From NCBI GenBank assembly GCA_965240465.1, contig OZ251219.1, positions 1,120,001 through 1,184,000 of the forward strand: a DNA stretch of 64,000 nucleotides, given 5' to 3'. The translations under genes were made by a program, and so were the position numbers. Below, piece after piece: positions 1 through 9,243 of the stretch (within the stretch, counting starts at the first letter, position 1; each line of letters starts with the position of its first letter). The notes beneath the pieces were generated by a model that made no database searches, had not been told where the DNA came from, and worked only from the letters and a program-made list of their open reading frames with translations. Source of the DNA: a bacterium (GTDB taxonomy: Bacteria; SAR324; JACQKK01).

Positions 1-131
1 TGGGTTGGAACAAATCCCAAGGCGACCCAGATGAAAAAGAATATAAAGGAGAGCAAAATCTCCCAGCCTAAGAAAGAGAGCCTGTTTCTGCGTCCTGTGG
101 TGATAAATAAGGAAGCCAATTTTTGTTTCAT
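1..131 (-). CDS. Partial (runs off window) DUF805/YhaH-like membrane protein
   Basis: Own translation from ATG at 131: MKQKLASLFITTGRRNRLSFLGWEILLSFIFFFIWVALGFVP. The GRxNRxxF motif followed by a TM helix is typical of DUF805. Confidence 0.55.
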   Translation of the reverse strand, partial: MKQKLASLFITTGRRNRLSFLGWEILLSFIFFFIWVALGFVPT

Positions 132-178
132 TGTGTCTTTTACCAGTAATTTAGGTACGAAAATTGGAGTTGGCAAAT

Positions 179-2422
179 CTAGGTATGGTCAGGGAAATCA
201 GCTACAATGGAATCAATGTCCTTGTGTAGTTCGGGATGATTTGCTGGAGGTTGTGGTTCGGGTTGTTCTGTTTTGGGTAGTTCAATTGGCTCGGAGAGTT
301 CGGCAGGATCGGGAGCAGAAGCTACCTCAGGTGATGTTTCAGGGGGAGTATCAATTTTAGACTTAGATGTGCTTTCAGCAGTAGGATTAGCCTTAGGCTC
401 AGCGGTGGGAGCAGTAGTGGGAGCTTCTGGTTCATCAGTAGCCTTAGCCTCTGGTTTAGCGATAGGAACAGCAGGTTCAGGAAAGGGAATTGGAGCAGGG
501 AGGGGGTTATGAGAAGGCCCGGGTTCAAATTCTGGAGGTGGCTGGAAGGTATCGTTGGAAGAGAGTAAAGATGGGAGGCGGCGTTTAGTATTTCTGGTGG
601 ATCTGGGGGTGGCATTTGTGCCTGTGGTGCTGATTTGTTTGGGATCTTTTTTCTCAGTATTTTTGGTGATTTGTTGGCCGCTTGTTTCTTCATTGTCAGA
701 GGAGTCAGAGATTGAGGAGGAGGGATGGGTGATGCGGTGTAGGACTTGTTGTTTTTCGGCTTGTTCTTGAGCTTCTTTTTGCAAGCAGTCTTGGCGAAAT
801 TGACGGCATTGTTGAGCTTTTTCTGGTTGTTTTGCTTGCTGATAGAGTTCTGCGAGGGTATCCCAGTGTTGATGGTGGATTTGTTCCAGATCCAGCCAGC
901 GATAAAAACGTTCTAGCCATTTTTTTTCTTGTGTGGAGCCAGCCAGCCTAGCGACCTTGATGATTTGATTCCAAAGATCAGTGCGATAACAGGTAAGCTC
1001 ATAGAGGCATTCGTAGCAGGCTTCGGCTTTTTCGGGCTGGCTGGCCGAGAAATGTTCCGCCAGCGGCAGCCAACTGGAAGCTTGATTACGGCTTAAATCA
1101 CCAGATTTGCAAAGGCGTACAAAGGTTTCTTGATGGTCTTTACGCTGCTGGGCTAACTCTGCCAGCATATACCAAAGCTGAGGAGAATCGGGTCTGGTTT
1201 GTGAGGCACTCAGCAAGCATTCTTCGGCTTTTTGATATTGATGACGGAATTTTAATCTTTGTCCCAGATGTACCAGAATATCGTGTACTGCGGGATCAGC
1301 AGGGTCTAGTCCTTTGATGCGTGTGTAGACCTCGTCTATGTGACCTTGCTTGAGGAAGACCCGTACTGATTGCTGCTTAATTTTGGTATCATCGGGTTTG
1401 AGGCGTTCCAATTTTTCTAGTACTTGGCGAGCTTCGTTAAATTCGTTCATTTGTTCGTAGATGGCGGCTAGGTCTATCAGGACATCTTCTCTATCGGGGT
1501 GATAGGCAGCCAGCATGCGGAGTACCAACCTTCTGCGAGCAGGATAGCCGCGATCCTTATACCATTTGTTCAGTAATTCCCAAGCTTCCCAGTCTTTCTT
1601 GTTGAGGCGTACTGTTTGCATCAGGGCATGCTCGGCTTGATAATTGCTACGCTGAAAATAAAATTCTCCTAGGTTAAACCAGTAGTCGGGATTTTCAGGC
1701 TGATATTCCACCGCTTGTCGATAAGCTTTTTCAGCCTCTGATTCTTCATCCAGATGGACGAGTACATTGCCCAAGTGAGTCCAGATTTCTGCTTGTTTAG
1801 GATTAAATTCCAAAGCTTTTTGGTAGCAAGTGCGTGCTTGGGCGGGTTCATTAGTGCGGGCGTGCATCAGTCCCAGCAGGTTCCAAACTTCAGCATGGTA
1901 GTTATGCTGCTCTGAAAGCGGTTCTAATAATTGACGAGCTTTGTCAAGTTCTTCACGCTGGAGGTATAATCGTCCCAGTTGTAGCTGGGCGTCCAAGTGA
2001 TTGGGGTCTAAGCTAAGGGCGTTTTGGACGCACTGCAACGATTCGTCAAATCGCTTCATGCTTTCCAAAAAGCCTCCTAGGATCAGGTGTGCCCGCATGT
2101 TTCTGGGATCTACATCCACGGCTGCCCGCAGGGAATTCTCTGCCTCATTGGTTTTACCCAGCGACTGCAAAGCTGTTCCTAAATCCAGCAGGGCTGCCGC
2201 GTAATTGCCATCCAGACGCAGTGCCTGACGATAAAATCCCACCGCATTTTGCAAATCGCCCAATTGAGCATAAACCCGACCACACTGATGTGCATGTACG
2301 GGATTATCGGGTTCTCGGTGTTGCAAACGCAATTGAGCATCCAGCTCATCTAGTAGCTGAGACTCACGGGAAATGCTGGTATTTTCCTCGTCGTTTATTC
2401 CTAATGATTTTTCTAGTACCAA
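179..2422 (-). CDS. Tetratricopeptide-repeat protein with Pro/Glu/Thr-rich disordered C-terminal tail
   Basis: 747 aa with repeated TPR patterns (AVGFYRQALRLDG, ARTCYQKALEFNP, AEKAYRQAVEYQP) and a low-complexity tail. Confidence 0.9.
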   Translation of the reverse strand: MVLEKSLGINDEENTSISRESQLLDELDAQLRLQHREPDNPVHAHQCGRVYAQLGDLQNAVGFYRQALRLDGNYAAALLDLGTALQSLGKTNEAENSLRAAVDVDPRNMRAHLILGGFLESMKRFDESLQCVQNALSLDPNHLDAQLQLGRLYLQREELDKARQLLEPLSEQHNYHAEVWNLLGLMHARTNEPAQARTCYQKALEFNPKQAEIWTHLGNVLVHLDEESEAEKAYRQAVEYQPENPDYWFNLGEFYFQRSNYQAEHALMQTVRLNKKDWEAWELLNKWYKDRGYPARRRLVLRMLAAYHPDREDVLIDLAAIYEQMNEFNEARQVLEKLERLKPDDTKIKQQSVRVFLKQGHIDEVYTRIKGLDPADPAVHDILVHLGQRLKFRHQYQKAEECLLSASQTRPDSPQLWYMLAELAQQRKDHQETFVRLCKSGDLSRNQASSWLPLAEHFSASQPEKAEACYECLYELTCYRTDLWNQIIKVARLAGSTQEKKWLERFYRWLDLEQIHHQHWDTLAELYQQAKQPEKAQQCRQFRQDCLQKEAQEQAEKQQVLHRITHPSSSISDSSDNEETSGQQITKNTEKKDPKQISTTGTNATPRSTRNTKRRLPSLLSSNDTFQPPPEFEPGPSHNPLPAPIPFPEPAVPIAKPEAKATDEPEAPTTAPTAEPKANPTAESTSKSKIDTPPETSPEVASAPDPAELSEPIELPKTEQPEPQPPANHPELHKDIDSIVADFPDHT

Positions 2423-2637
2423 GGTCTGCTTCTCATAAACAAGTATTTGTCATTGGGACATATTTCAGCATTGGCACATCGCTTGCTTGGTAACTAGAAC
2501 TGAAACGCTGAGTAATGATTAGGCTTGGCAATAAAAGAGAAATTAACTGCTCCGTTCATCATGCAAAACTTTAACACCAGCATAGCATAAATTCTAAGAA
2601 CCTAACCATTCCTTCATAATCCCAAGAGGTAGCATAC

Positions 2638-2868
2638 ATGTTGATTTTGACCAGAAGGTCTGGTGAGAGCATCACCATTGGAGACGATATTAAAATCCAA
2701 GTGGTGGAAGTAAAAGGTCGTCAGGTGCGTTTGGGCATAGAGGCACCTAAAGATTGCCCTATCCACCGAGAAGAAATATATCTCCGTATCAAGGGAGAAT
2801 CCAGTACGGAGTCCCCGCGGCATGGCTCTTTAGAAAGATTAAAAGAAGTATTGAAGCCAGATGTCTAA
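2638..2868 (+). CDS. csrA: Carbon storage regulator CsrA
   Basis: [18 protein letters not shown]...[16 protein letters not shown] signature. SD-like AGAGG upstream. Confidence 0.97.
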   Translation: MLILTRRSGESITIGDDIKIQVVEVKGRQVRLGIEAPKDCPIHREEIYLRIKGESSTESPRHGSLERLKEVLKPDV

Positions 2869-2898
2869 ACTTCGGTAGCTGTCTAATTCACCAATAAA

Positions 2899-2982
2899 TG
2901 CCCGGGGTGGGACTTGAACCCACACACCCTTTCAGGCGAGGGATTTTAAGTCCCTTGCGTCTACCAATTCCGCCACCCGGGC
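2899..2982 (-). tRNA. tRNA-Leu (anticodon TAA), CCA not encoded
   Basis: Reverse complement GCCCGGGTGGCGGAATTGGTAGACGCAAGGGACTTAAAATCCCTCGCC...GTGGGTTCAAGTCCCACCCCGGGCA: full cloverleaf with a long variable arm. Confidence 0.97.
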
Positions 2983-3042
2983 TTTTAACAAGGTACGCAT
3001 CAATTCTAAGTGAGTTCTTGCCTAGCCTTGCTAGCTAAAAGC

Positions 3043-3114
<72 letters not shown>

Positions 3115-3190
3115 CACACTGAGGGGCAGATTATCATAAGGTCATCCTTTACACAATGGGAATGGAGGGATAGGGACATGCTAGGCATAG

Positions 3191-4285
3191 ATGGCAACTG
3201 GTGGGTATTTGCTATATCGGGCGGATTGTGCGATATGTCAGCGTCCGATGTTTAATAATTCTAATATAAAGGTATTGTCCATGGTCTACTTTTGGAAGCA
3301 TATTTTTTTAACACTCTTGTTATTTAATGGAAGTATGGCTTGGGGTCAGGATGAGGTGAATGTGTATAGTTATCGCCAGCGGTTATTGATGCAACCCTTG
3401 TTTGATGTTTTCACCAAGGAAACGGGGGTTAAGGTTAAGGTGGTGTTTGCTCCTAAGGGATTGGTAGAACGCTTGCGTCAGGAGGGGAGTCTTAGTCCTG
3501 CCGATGTGTTATTAACGTCCGATTTTAGTCGTTTGCTGGAAGCTGAGCAGGCAAGGTTACTACAATCGGTGAAGTCAGCAGTTCTCAGGCGGAATGTGCC
3601 GCGTCATTTGCGTGATAAGGATGGGCGGTGGTTTGGGTTGACTGTGCGAGCCCGAGTGTTGGTAGTATCGCGGTCTGCTAAGGGAGAGATCAGGCGTTAT
3701 GAGGATTTGGCAAAAAAGGAGTGGCATGGGCGGATTTGTTCACGTTCGGGGCAGCATTCTTATAATGTGTCGTTGTTGGCATCAATGATTGCTCATCATG
3801 GTGTTAAGGAAGCACGTAGCTGGGCGAGGTCTGTCAGAAGTGGCTTAGCGAGGAAGCCGCAGGGGAATGACCGTTCCCAGTTGAAGGCTATTTGGCAGGG
3901 TCAGTGTGATGTTTCCTTTGTTAATACTTATTATCTGGGGTTGGTGAGTAAGAATCCGAAGCAATCTAGTTGGGGCAAGGGAGTACGGGTGGTGTTTCCT
4001 AATCAGCGAGACCGCGGGACGCATGTGAATATCAGTGGTGGGGGGGTGGTGCGTTATGCTCCTCATCGGAGGCAAGCGGTGCAGCTTTTGGAGTTTTTAT
4101 CGGGCGAGAAAGCTCAAAAGTTGTATGTGGAGGGCAATTTTGAATATCCCGTCAATAAGAAAGTGCCGCTTTCTCCTTTTCTAGAACGGCTGGGGATTTT
4201 TAAGCAGGATCGCATTCCGATAGAAAAAGTAGCTACCCTGCGTGGTCGTGCTGTGCGTATTATGGATGAAGTTGGCTGGGAATAA
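3191..4285 (+). CDS. futA: Fe3+ ABC transporter substrate-binding protein (FutA/FbpA); likely start at ATG 3281
   Basis: EVNVYSYRQ, SPADVLLT, WFGLTVRARV, NTYY (tandem Tyr iron ligands), RGTHVNISG. Signal peptide from MVYFWK. Confidence 0.93.
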   Translation: MATGGYLLYRADCAICQRPMFNNSNIKVLSMVYFWKHIFLTLLLFNGSMAWGQDEVNVYSYRQRLLMQPLFDVFTKETGVKVKVVFAPKGLVERLRQEGSLSPADVLLTSDFSRLLEAEQARLLQSVKSAVLRRNVPRHLRDKDGRWFGLTVRARVLVVSRSAKGEIRRYEDLAKKEWHGRICSRSGQHSYNVSLLASMIAHHGVKEARSWARSVRSGLARKPQGNDRSQLKAIWQGQCDVSFVNTYYLGLVSKNPKQSSWGKGVRVVFPNQRDRGTHVNISGGGVVRYAPHRRQAVQLLEFLSGEKAQKLYVEGNFEYPVNKKVPLSPFLERLGIFKQDRIPIEKVATLRGRAVRIMDEVGWE

Positions 4286-4320
4286 ATTTAGGCCAAGAAA
4301 AGGGAAGATATTACTAATAG

Positions 4321-4962
4321 ATGAAATGTACGGTTGTCAATCTTAGTCTTCTTTTTGAAGGACAATACAGGGAGAAAATACAGAGGGGATTACCCGAACT
4401 GTTCCGAATTGCTAATCTGGAGTGTACCAGGGGAGGTAAGGTGGGTATGGAGGTAGGTAATCTGCGCGAACGGATTGTCACTGCTCTTTTGGTACTTGCT
4501 TATGGAAAAAAGAGGGTTTCATTTCCTGCTACCACTTCACCTGAGTCGGATGTTTTTTTGGATGGCAAACCTATATCCATCAAGACGAAAACAGGCCAGA
4601 GCTTATCAGGAGTCAAGTTAATGTGGGCTACAGATTGGGATACATCCGATCAGTTTTGTAGTCAATACTGCCCCACAGTTGGTATTATATATGTCAATAT
4701 AAGATGGAATGACACCGGATGTTTTTCTTTTATTCCTCTTGAGGTGCAACAAGATGTGTTTCTTGATTTGAAGAACGGCTATATTAAGGAACCATCCAAA
4801 GGTACTAACTCACGCGGTGCCGAGTTATCTGCAGAAGCATTGAGGAACCTTCTTAAAGACAAACGGACATTACAGATTCCTATATTCTGGAATAACGAAG
4901 ACCCAAACACGAATGAATATAAGGTATATGAAAAGTGGATTGACAAATGGAAGGAGTTTTGA
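4321..4962 (+). CDS. Type II restriction endonuclease, ThaI-like family
   Basis: LPELFRIANLE..RGGKVGMEVGNLRERI and ESDV...PISIKT recall ThaI-family PD-(D/E)xK nucleases. Stop codon overlaps the start of a DNA methyltransferase. Confidence 0.8.
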   Translation: MKCTVVNLSLLFEGQYREKIQRGLPELFRIANLECTRGGKVGMEVGNLRERIVTALLVLAYGKKRVSFPATTSPESDVFLDGKPISIKTKTGQSLSGVKLMWATDWDTSDQFCSQYCPTVGIIYVNIRWNDTGCFSFIPLEVQQDVFLDLKNGYIKEPSKGTNSRGAELSAEALRNLLKDKRTLQIPIFWNNEDPNTNEYKVYEKWIDKWKEF

Positions 4963-5849
4963 TGGTTGAGTCTTTTGGTGTTAAAAAGCGGGTAGGGCAT
5001 AATTCCAAGGATTTTTATCAAGGGAAGATGTATGGACATGTTCGCCCTTTGAAAAATTCTGCCTCTGAGTATGTAGAAAATAACAATGTAAGATGCAATG
5101 TCATTTATAATGGCGATAGCAGGAACATGGAGCATGTTAAATCTTCGTCGGTGCATTTGATGGTGACCTCCCCACCTTATAACGTGGGAAAAGCATACGA
5201 TGAGAATTTAACAATCGCCGAATACAAGGATTTACTAAAAGATGTCTTTCAAGATACCTACCGGGTGCTTGTGGATGGTGGAAGGGCTTGCATCAATATA
5301 GCTAATGTGGGACGGAAACCTTATATTCCTCTTCATGCCATTGTCGTAAATATTATGGATGATATCGGCTATTTAATGCGCGGAGAAATTATTTGGCAAA
5401 AAGGTGCCAGTGCTGGTGTCTCCTGTGCTTGGGGAAGCTGGTGTTCAGCCAGTAACCCAGTCTTGCGAGACACTCATGAGTACATCCTTATTTTTTGCAA
5501 GAATTCATTTGATAGAAAATCACAATCTGAATCTAGCATTCAGCGTGATGAGTTCATGGCTGCTACCAAAAGTGTTTGGGAATTTCCTGCCGAGAGTGCC
5601 AAGCGAGTAAATCATCCGGCTCCATTTCCAGTTGAATTGCCTCGCCGTCTCATTGAGCTTTATTCTTTCGCGGGCGACGTTGTTCTTGATCCGTTCATGG
5701 GTAGTGGCACTACAGCAGAAGCAGCTGTGATAAGCAATCGCGACTATATTGGGTACGATAATAATGAAGAATATGTGAAAATTGCTAGAGACAGACTTTC
5801 AAGGCTTTCTCTTCCCATTTTTAGTAATAATTTGGGGGTGGTGCGTTGA
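4962..5849 (+). CDS. Site-specific DNA methyltransferase, beta class (N4-C/N6-A)
   Basis: TSPPY catalytic motif precedes HPAPFP and VLDPFMGSGTT (SAM-binding). TGATG overlap at 4960-4964 with AAGGAG SD supports start 4962 (ORF track gives 4947). Confidence 0.93.
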   Translation: MVESFGVKKRVGHNSKDFYQGKMYGHVRPLKNSASEYVENNNVRCNVIYNGDSRNMEHVKSSSVHLMVTSPPYNVGKAYDENLTIAEYKDLLKDVFQDTYRVLVDGGRACINIANVGRKPYIPLHAIVVNIMDDIGYLMRGEIIWQKGASAGVSCAWGSWCSASNPVLRDTHEYILIFCKNSFDRKSQSESSIQRDEFMAATKSVWEFPAESAKRVNHPAPFPVELPRRLIELYSFAGDVVLDPFMGSGTTAEAAVISNRDYIGYDNNEEYVKIARDRLSRLSLPIFSNNLGVVR

Positions 5850-5982
5850 CATACTTTGCTTATGTTTAATGAATAGCTTTCCTATCCACTAGTTTCAGCG
5901 ACCATTGATTCAAGAAAATATAAGACCGTCATTCCTTTTGAGGTGTAGCAGTTGGAGAAGCTAGATTAGAATTTTTGTTAAA

Positions 5983-7632
5983 TTGCCATTTTTCAATAGT
6001 GGTTGGGGCTGGCGGTTGGGACTGTTGTTGTTGGCAGGGTTAGCCTTGTTGCCTCTATTGGGAGTGATTGGGGTAGCTTTGCGTCCTGCGGATGGATTGT
6101 GGGGTCATTTGTGGCAGACGCTATTACCTGGTTATGTGTGGACTAGTGTTTTGCTAGCGTTGGGAGTAATGGGGGGCTGTTTGCTATTGGGGATAGGTAG
6201 TGCATGGCTGGTAAGCATGTGCGATTTTTTTGGTCGTCGGTGGTTGGAAGTGGGTTTGTTGCTACCCTTGGCGATGCCTGGGTACTTGGCAGCGTTTATA
6301 TACACGGAGCTGTTAGATTATGCAGGTCCTCTGCAGCGGGGCTTACGGGCTGTATTTGGGTGGGAGAATGGTAGCCAATATTGGTTTCCAGAGGTTCGTA
6401 GTATTTGGGGAGCTGTCTTGTTTTTGAGTTTGACACTATATCCGTACGTGTTTTTGCTATCTCGGGCTGCATTTGTAAAGCAATATGCCGAGGTGTTTGA
6501 AGCAGGTCGTAGTTTAGGAGGTTCTCCTTGGCGTTGTTTTTGGTCTTTATCGTTGCCTTTGGCACGCCCTGCCATTTTGGCAGGGGCGACCTTGTCGGTC
6601 ATGGAAGCCTTGAGTGATTTCGGAGTAGTTGAGTTATTTGCAGTGCCTACCTTTACGGTGGGGGTGTATCGGGTATGGTTTGCGATGGGTAATCCGTCTG
6701 CGGCTGCTCAGTTGGCACTATTGCCACTGGGGTTACTGTTGTTATTGGGCTGGTGGTTGGCTCAGTTGAGGCTTGAGGATCCTTTGTCATTGCATGGCAT
6801 GGCTAAGAAGGCACATCCCCCTTTTAGATTGACACCACTACAACAACGGCTGGCTTTCTTGGCTTGTGCTGTACCGGTGATATTGGGATTTTTATTGCCC
6901 GTATTGGTGCTAGGGCAAGAGGTGCTATCGCAGTTGCACCAGTTATGGAGTACGGCCTCCTTAAGTCAGCTGGGGGATGTTGCTGAGACTGTACGATTAA
7001 CATCCAGTAGCCTTTTGCTTTCCTTGGCAGCCATGCTTGTTTGTACTGGTATGGGTGTGCTGATTGCTTATGGTATTTATCTGCGTCCCCATGGCTGGCG
7101 GAAATTTATTCAGGCACTAGTAAGGCTGAGCTATGCCACTCCGGGAGTAGTACTGGCGATCGGAATTTTGCTACCCCTCACCCTGTTTGATAAATACCTC
7201 GCTGCTCTTACTCAGTATCTCCATCTTCCCCAGATCTACCTGCTGAGCGGCTCTTTACTGGCGATTTTGCTGGCTTATTATGCTCGTTTCCTGTCGCTTA
7301 GCCTGTCAACAGTCCGTAGCGGACTTAGCCGCGTGGATATTAAGCTCCTTTACGCGGCACGCTCGTTGGGGGCGGGATCGCTACGTACTCTTTGGCAAGT
7401 CCATAGACCAATCCTGCGTAATAGCATTCTGGTCTCGGCTCTGCTGGTCTTTATTGATGCCATGAAGGAATTGCCAATGACTCTCATCCTCAGACCTTTT
7501 AATTTTGATACTCTAGCTACCCGCATCTTTGAACATGCTTCCAGCGAAACCTTTGCTCCAGCAGCTCTCAGTGCCTTGATCTTAATTCTAGCAACAACCA
7601 TTCCCGTCCTTTTGCTCCATAAAAACTACTGA
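5983..7632 (+). CDS. futB: Fe3+ ABC transporter permease (FutB/FbpB)
   Basis: Two BPD_transp_1 halves: LPLAMPGY, EAGRSLG, AARSLG, MKELPMTLILRPFNFDTLA. Confidence 0.93.
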   Translation: MPFFNSGWGWRLGLLLLAGLALLPLLGVIGVALRPADGLWGHLWQTLLPGYVWTSVLLALGVMGGCLLLGIGSAWLVSMCDFFGRRWLEVGLLLPLAMPGYLAAFIYTELLDYAGPLQRGLRAVFGWENGSQYWFPEVRSIWGAVLFLSLTLYPYVFLLSRAAFVKQYAEVFEAGRSLGGSPWRCFWSLSLPLARPAILAGATLSVMEALSDFGVVELFAVPTFTVGVYRVWFAMGNPSAAAQLALLPLGLLLLLGWWLAQLRLEDPLSLHGMAKKAHPPFRLTPLQQRLAFLACAVPVILGFLLPVLVLGQEVLSQLHQLWSTASLSQLGDVAETVRLTSSSLLLSLAAMLVCTGMGVLIAYGIYLRPHGWRKFIQALVRLSYATPGVVLAIGILLPLTLFDKYLAALTQYLHLPQIYLLSGSLLAILLAYYARFLSLSLSTVRSGLSRVDIKLLYAARSLGAGSLRTLWQVHRPILRNSILVSALLVFIDAMKELPMTLILRPFNFDTLATRIFEHASSETFAPAALSALILILATTIPVLLLHKNY

Positions 7633-7697
7633 CTGATGGGACTAATCTTAATCAGTAAGAAAGATTGGTACGTCCTGCTTGTGAAATAAGCTACCAC

Positions 7698-7796
7698 GGC
7701 ACTAAGTATCAATGGCACTAAGTATCAGTGGCACTAAGTATCAATGGCACTAAGTATCAATGGCACTAAGTATCAATGGCACTAAGTATCATGGCA
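7698..7796. repeat. Tandem repeat, 16-bp unit GGCACTAAGTATCAAT, ~6 copies
   Basis: Read directly. Intergenic between permease and ATPase genes. Confidence 0.97.
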
Positions 7797-7880
7797 ATAA
7801 GGTACTTGAATTATACCGCCATTATTCATATTATTTGCCTACATACTGATTAGAACGTCCCACGCCTTTATAAGTTACCC

Positions 7881-9050
7881 ATGCCTTCCACACTTCATTC
7901 ATCTGCTTCAGACCCCACAGCTCATCTGCTGGAGTTGAGTAATCTTGGCAAGCAGTTTCTAGCTACCAATTGGGCGGTACAGGGGTTTGACCTCAGTTTG
8001 GAAAAAGGCGAACTACTATGCGTGGTAGGCCCTAGCGGCTGCGGAAAAACCACCCTGTTGCGTATGATCGGTGGATTTGAAACTCCAGATGATGGCTTTA
8101 TAAACCTAAAAGGCGAATGCATAAGCCGACCAGGCTGGATGCTCCCCCCAGAGCATCGGGGGGTGGGAATGGTTTTTCAAGAATTTGCTTTATTTCCTCA
8201 TCTTTCTGTTCAAGAAAACATCTGTTTTGGCCTCAAACATACCTCTCGCAAGCATCTCAGCACTCTCTCACCTAGCCACCACCCTAAGCACTATCAGCAA
8301 AAGCAAGCCTGCAACAGAATGCTTTCCCTAGCTAATCTAAGTGAATTAGCCGAACGCTTGCCCCATGAAATATCGGGTGGACAACAACAACGCACCGCCC
8401 TAGCACGGGCTCTTGCTCCGCAACCCGAAGTCCTCTTATTAGATGAACCTTTCTCTAACTTAGACGCCAATCTGCGTCGTCGGCTACGCTCAGAAGTTAA
8501 GCAGATCCTCAAAAAAGCAAATACCACCACCATTCTGGTCACCCACGATCAAGAAGAAGCCATCAACCTTGCCGATCGCATGGTTGTTATGAATAAAGGA
8601 AAATTGGAGCAAATTGCCACTCCCGCAGAAACACTTCGTTGTCCCGCTAACCCCTTTGTAGCTAGATTCTTCGGCATGGAGTGCTTATTGTCCGCCCAAC
8701 GCGATGGAGAATTCTTACGCACCGAACTGGGGCGGTTCCCCGTACCGCCAAACTTGCCTGCCACAGGACCTTATCAGCTGCTGGTACCACCATCCGCGGT
8801 ACACCTCAGAACCGAACCATGGGCCGTAAGGGCAACCGTCCACGAGGCAGGCTTCTTAGGAGGGCTACCCAGCTATACCTTCCGCTTGGCATCTGGACAA
8901 CGCATTAGGGCTATATTGCCCCATTGTCCCACCCTCTACCCAGAAGATCAAGTAGGGCTATGCTTCACGCCTAATCCTCTGGTGGTCTACGCTAAACAGC
9001 AAACCTTCTCCATGAACCTCTCCTCGCCTGCAACAGCAACCTACTCCTAG
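7881..9050 (+). CDS. futC: Fe3+ ABC transporter ATP-binding protein (FutC/FbpC)
   Basis: Walker A GPSGCGKTT, signature ISGGQQQR, Walker B LLLDEPFSNLD, TOBE-like C-terminus. Operon context. Confidence 0.92.
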   Translation: MPSTLHSSASDPTAHLLELSNLGKQFLATNWAVQGFDLSLEKGELLCVVGPSGCGKTTLLRMIGGFETPDDGFINLKGECISRPGWMLPPEHRGVGMVFQEFALFPHLSVQENICFGLKHTSRKHLSTLSPSHHPKHYQQKQACNRMLSLANLSELAERLPHEISGGQQQRTALARALAPQPEVLLLDEPFSNLDANLRRRLRSEVKQILKKANTTTILVTHDQEEAINLADRMVVMNKGKLEQIATPAETLRCPANPFVARFFGMECLLSAQRDGEFLRTELGRFPVPPNLPATGPYQLLVPPSAVHLRTEPWAVRATVHEAGFLGGLPSYTFRLASGQRIRAILPHCPTLYPEDQVGLCFTPNPLVVYAKQQTFSMNLSSPATATYS

Positions 9051-9243
9051 TAGATCTCTGTAGCTAAACCGCAGAACTTCGTCCTTGCTCAGGACACCAA
9101 GCTACGTCCACTAGCTTATGACGGCTTTGTTAGGATTAGCTACAAAGTTACTGTTCCTCAAAATCAACCCTAGGACACTTCCTTAGTAGCATAGGGGAGA
9201 AAAGGAATATCGCTAATGTTTAATTTATCAAGTAATAAACTGG

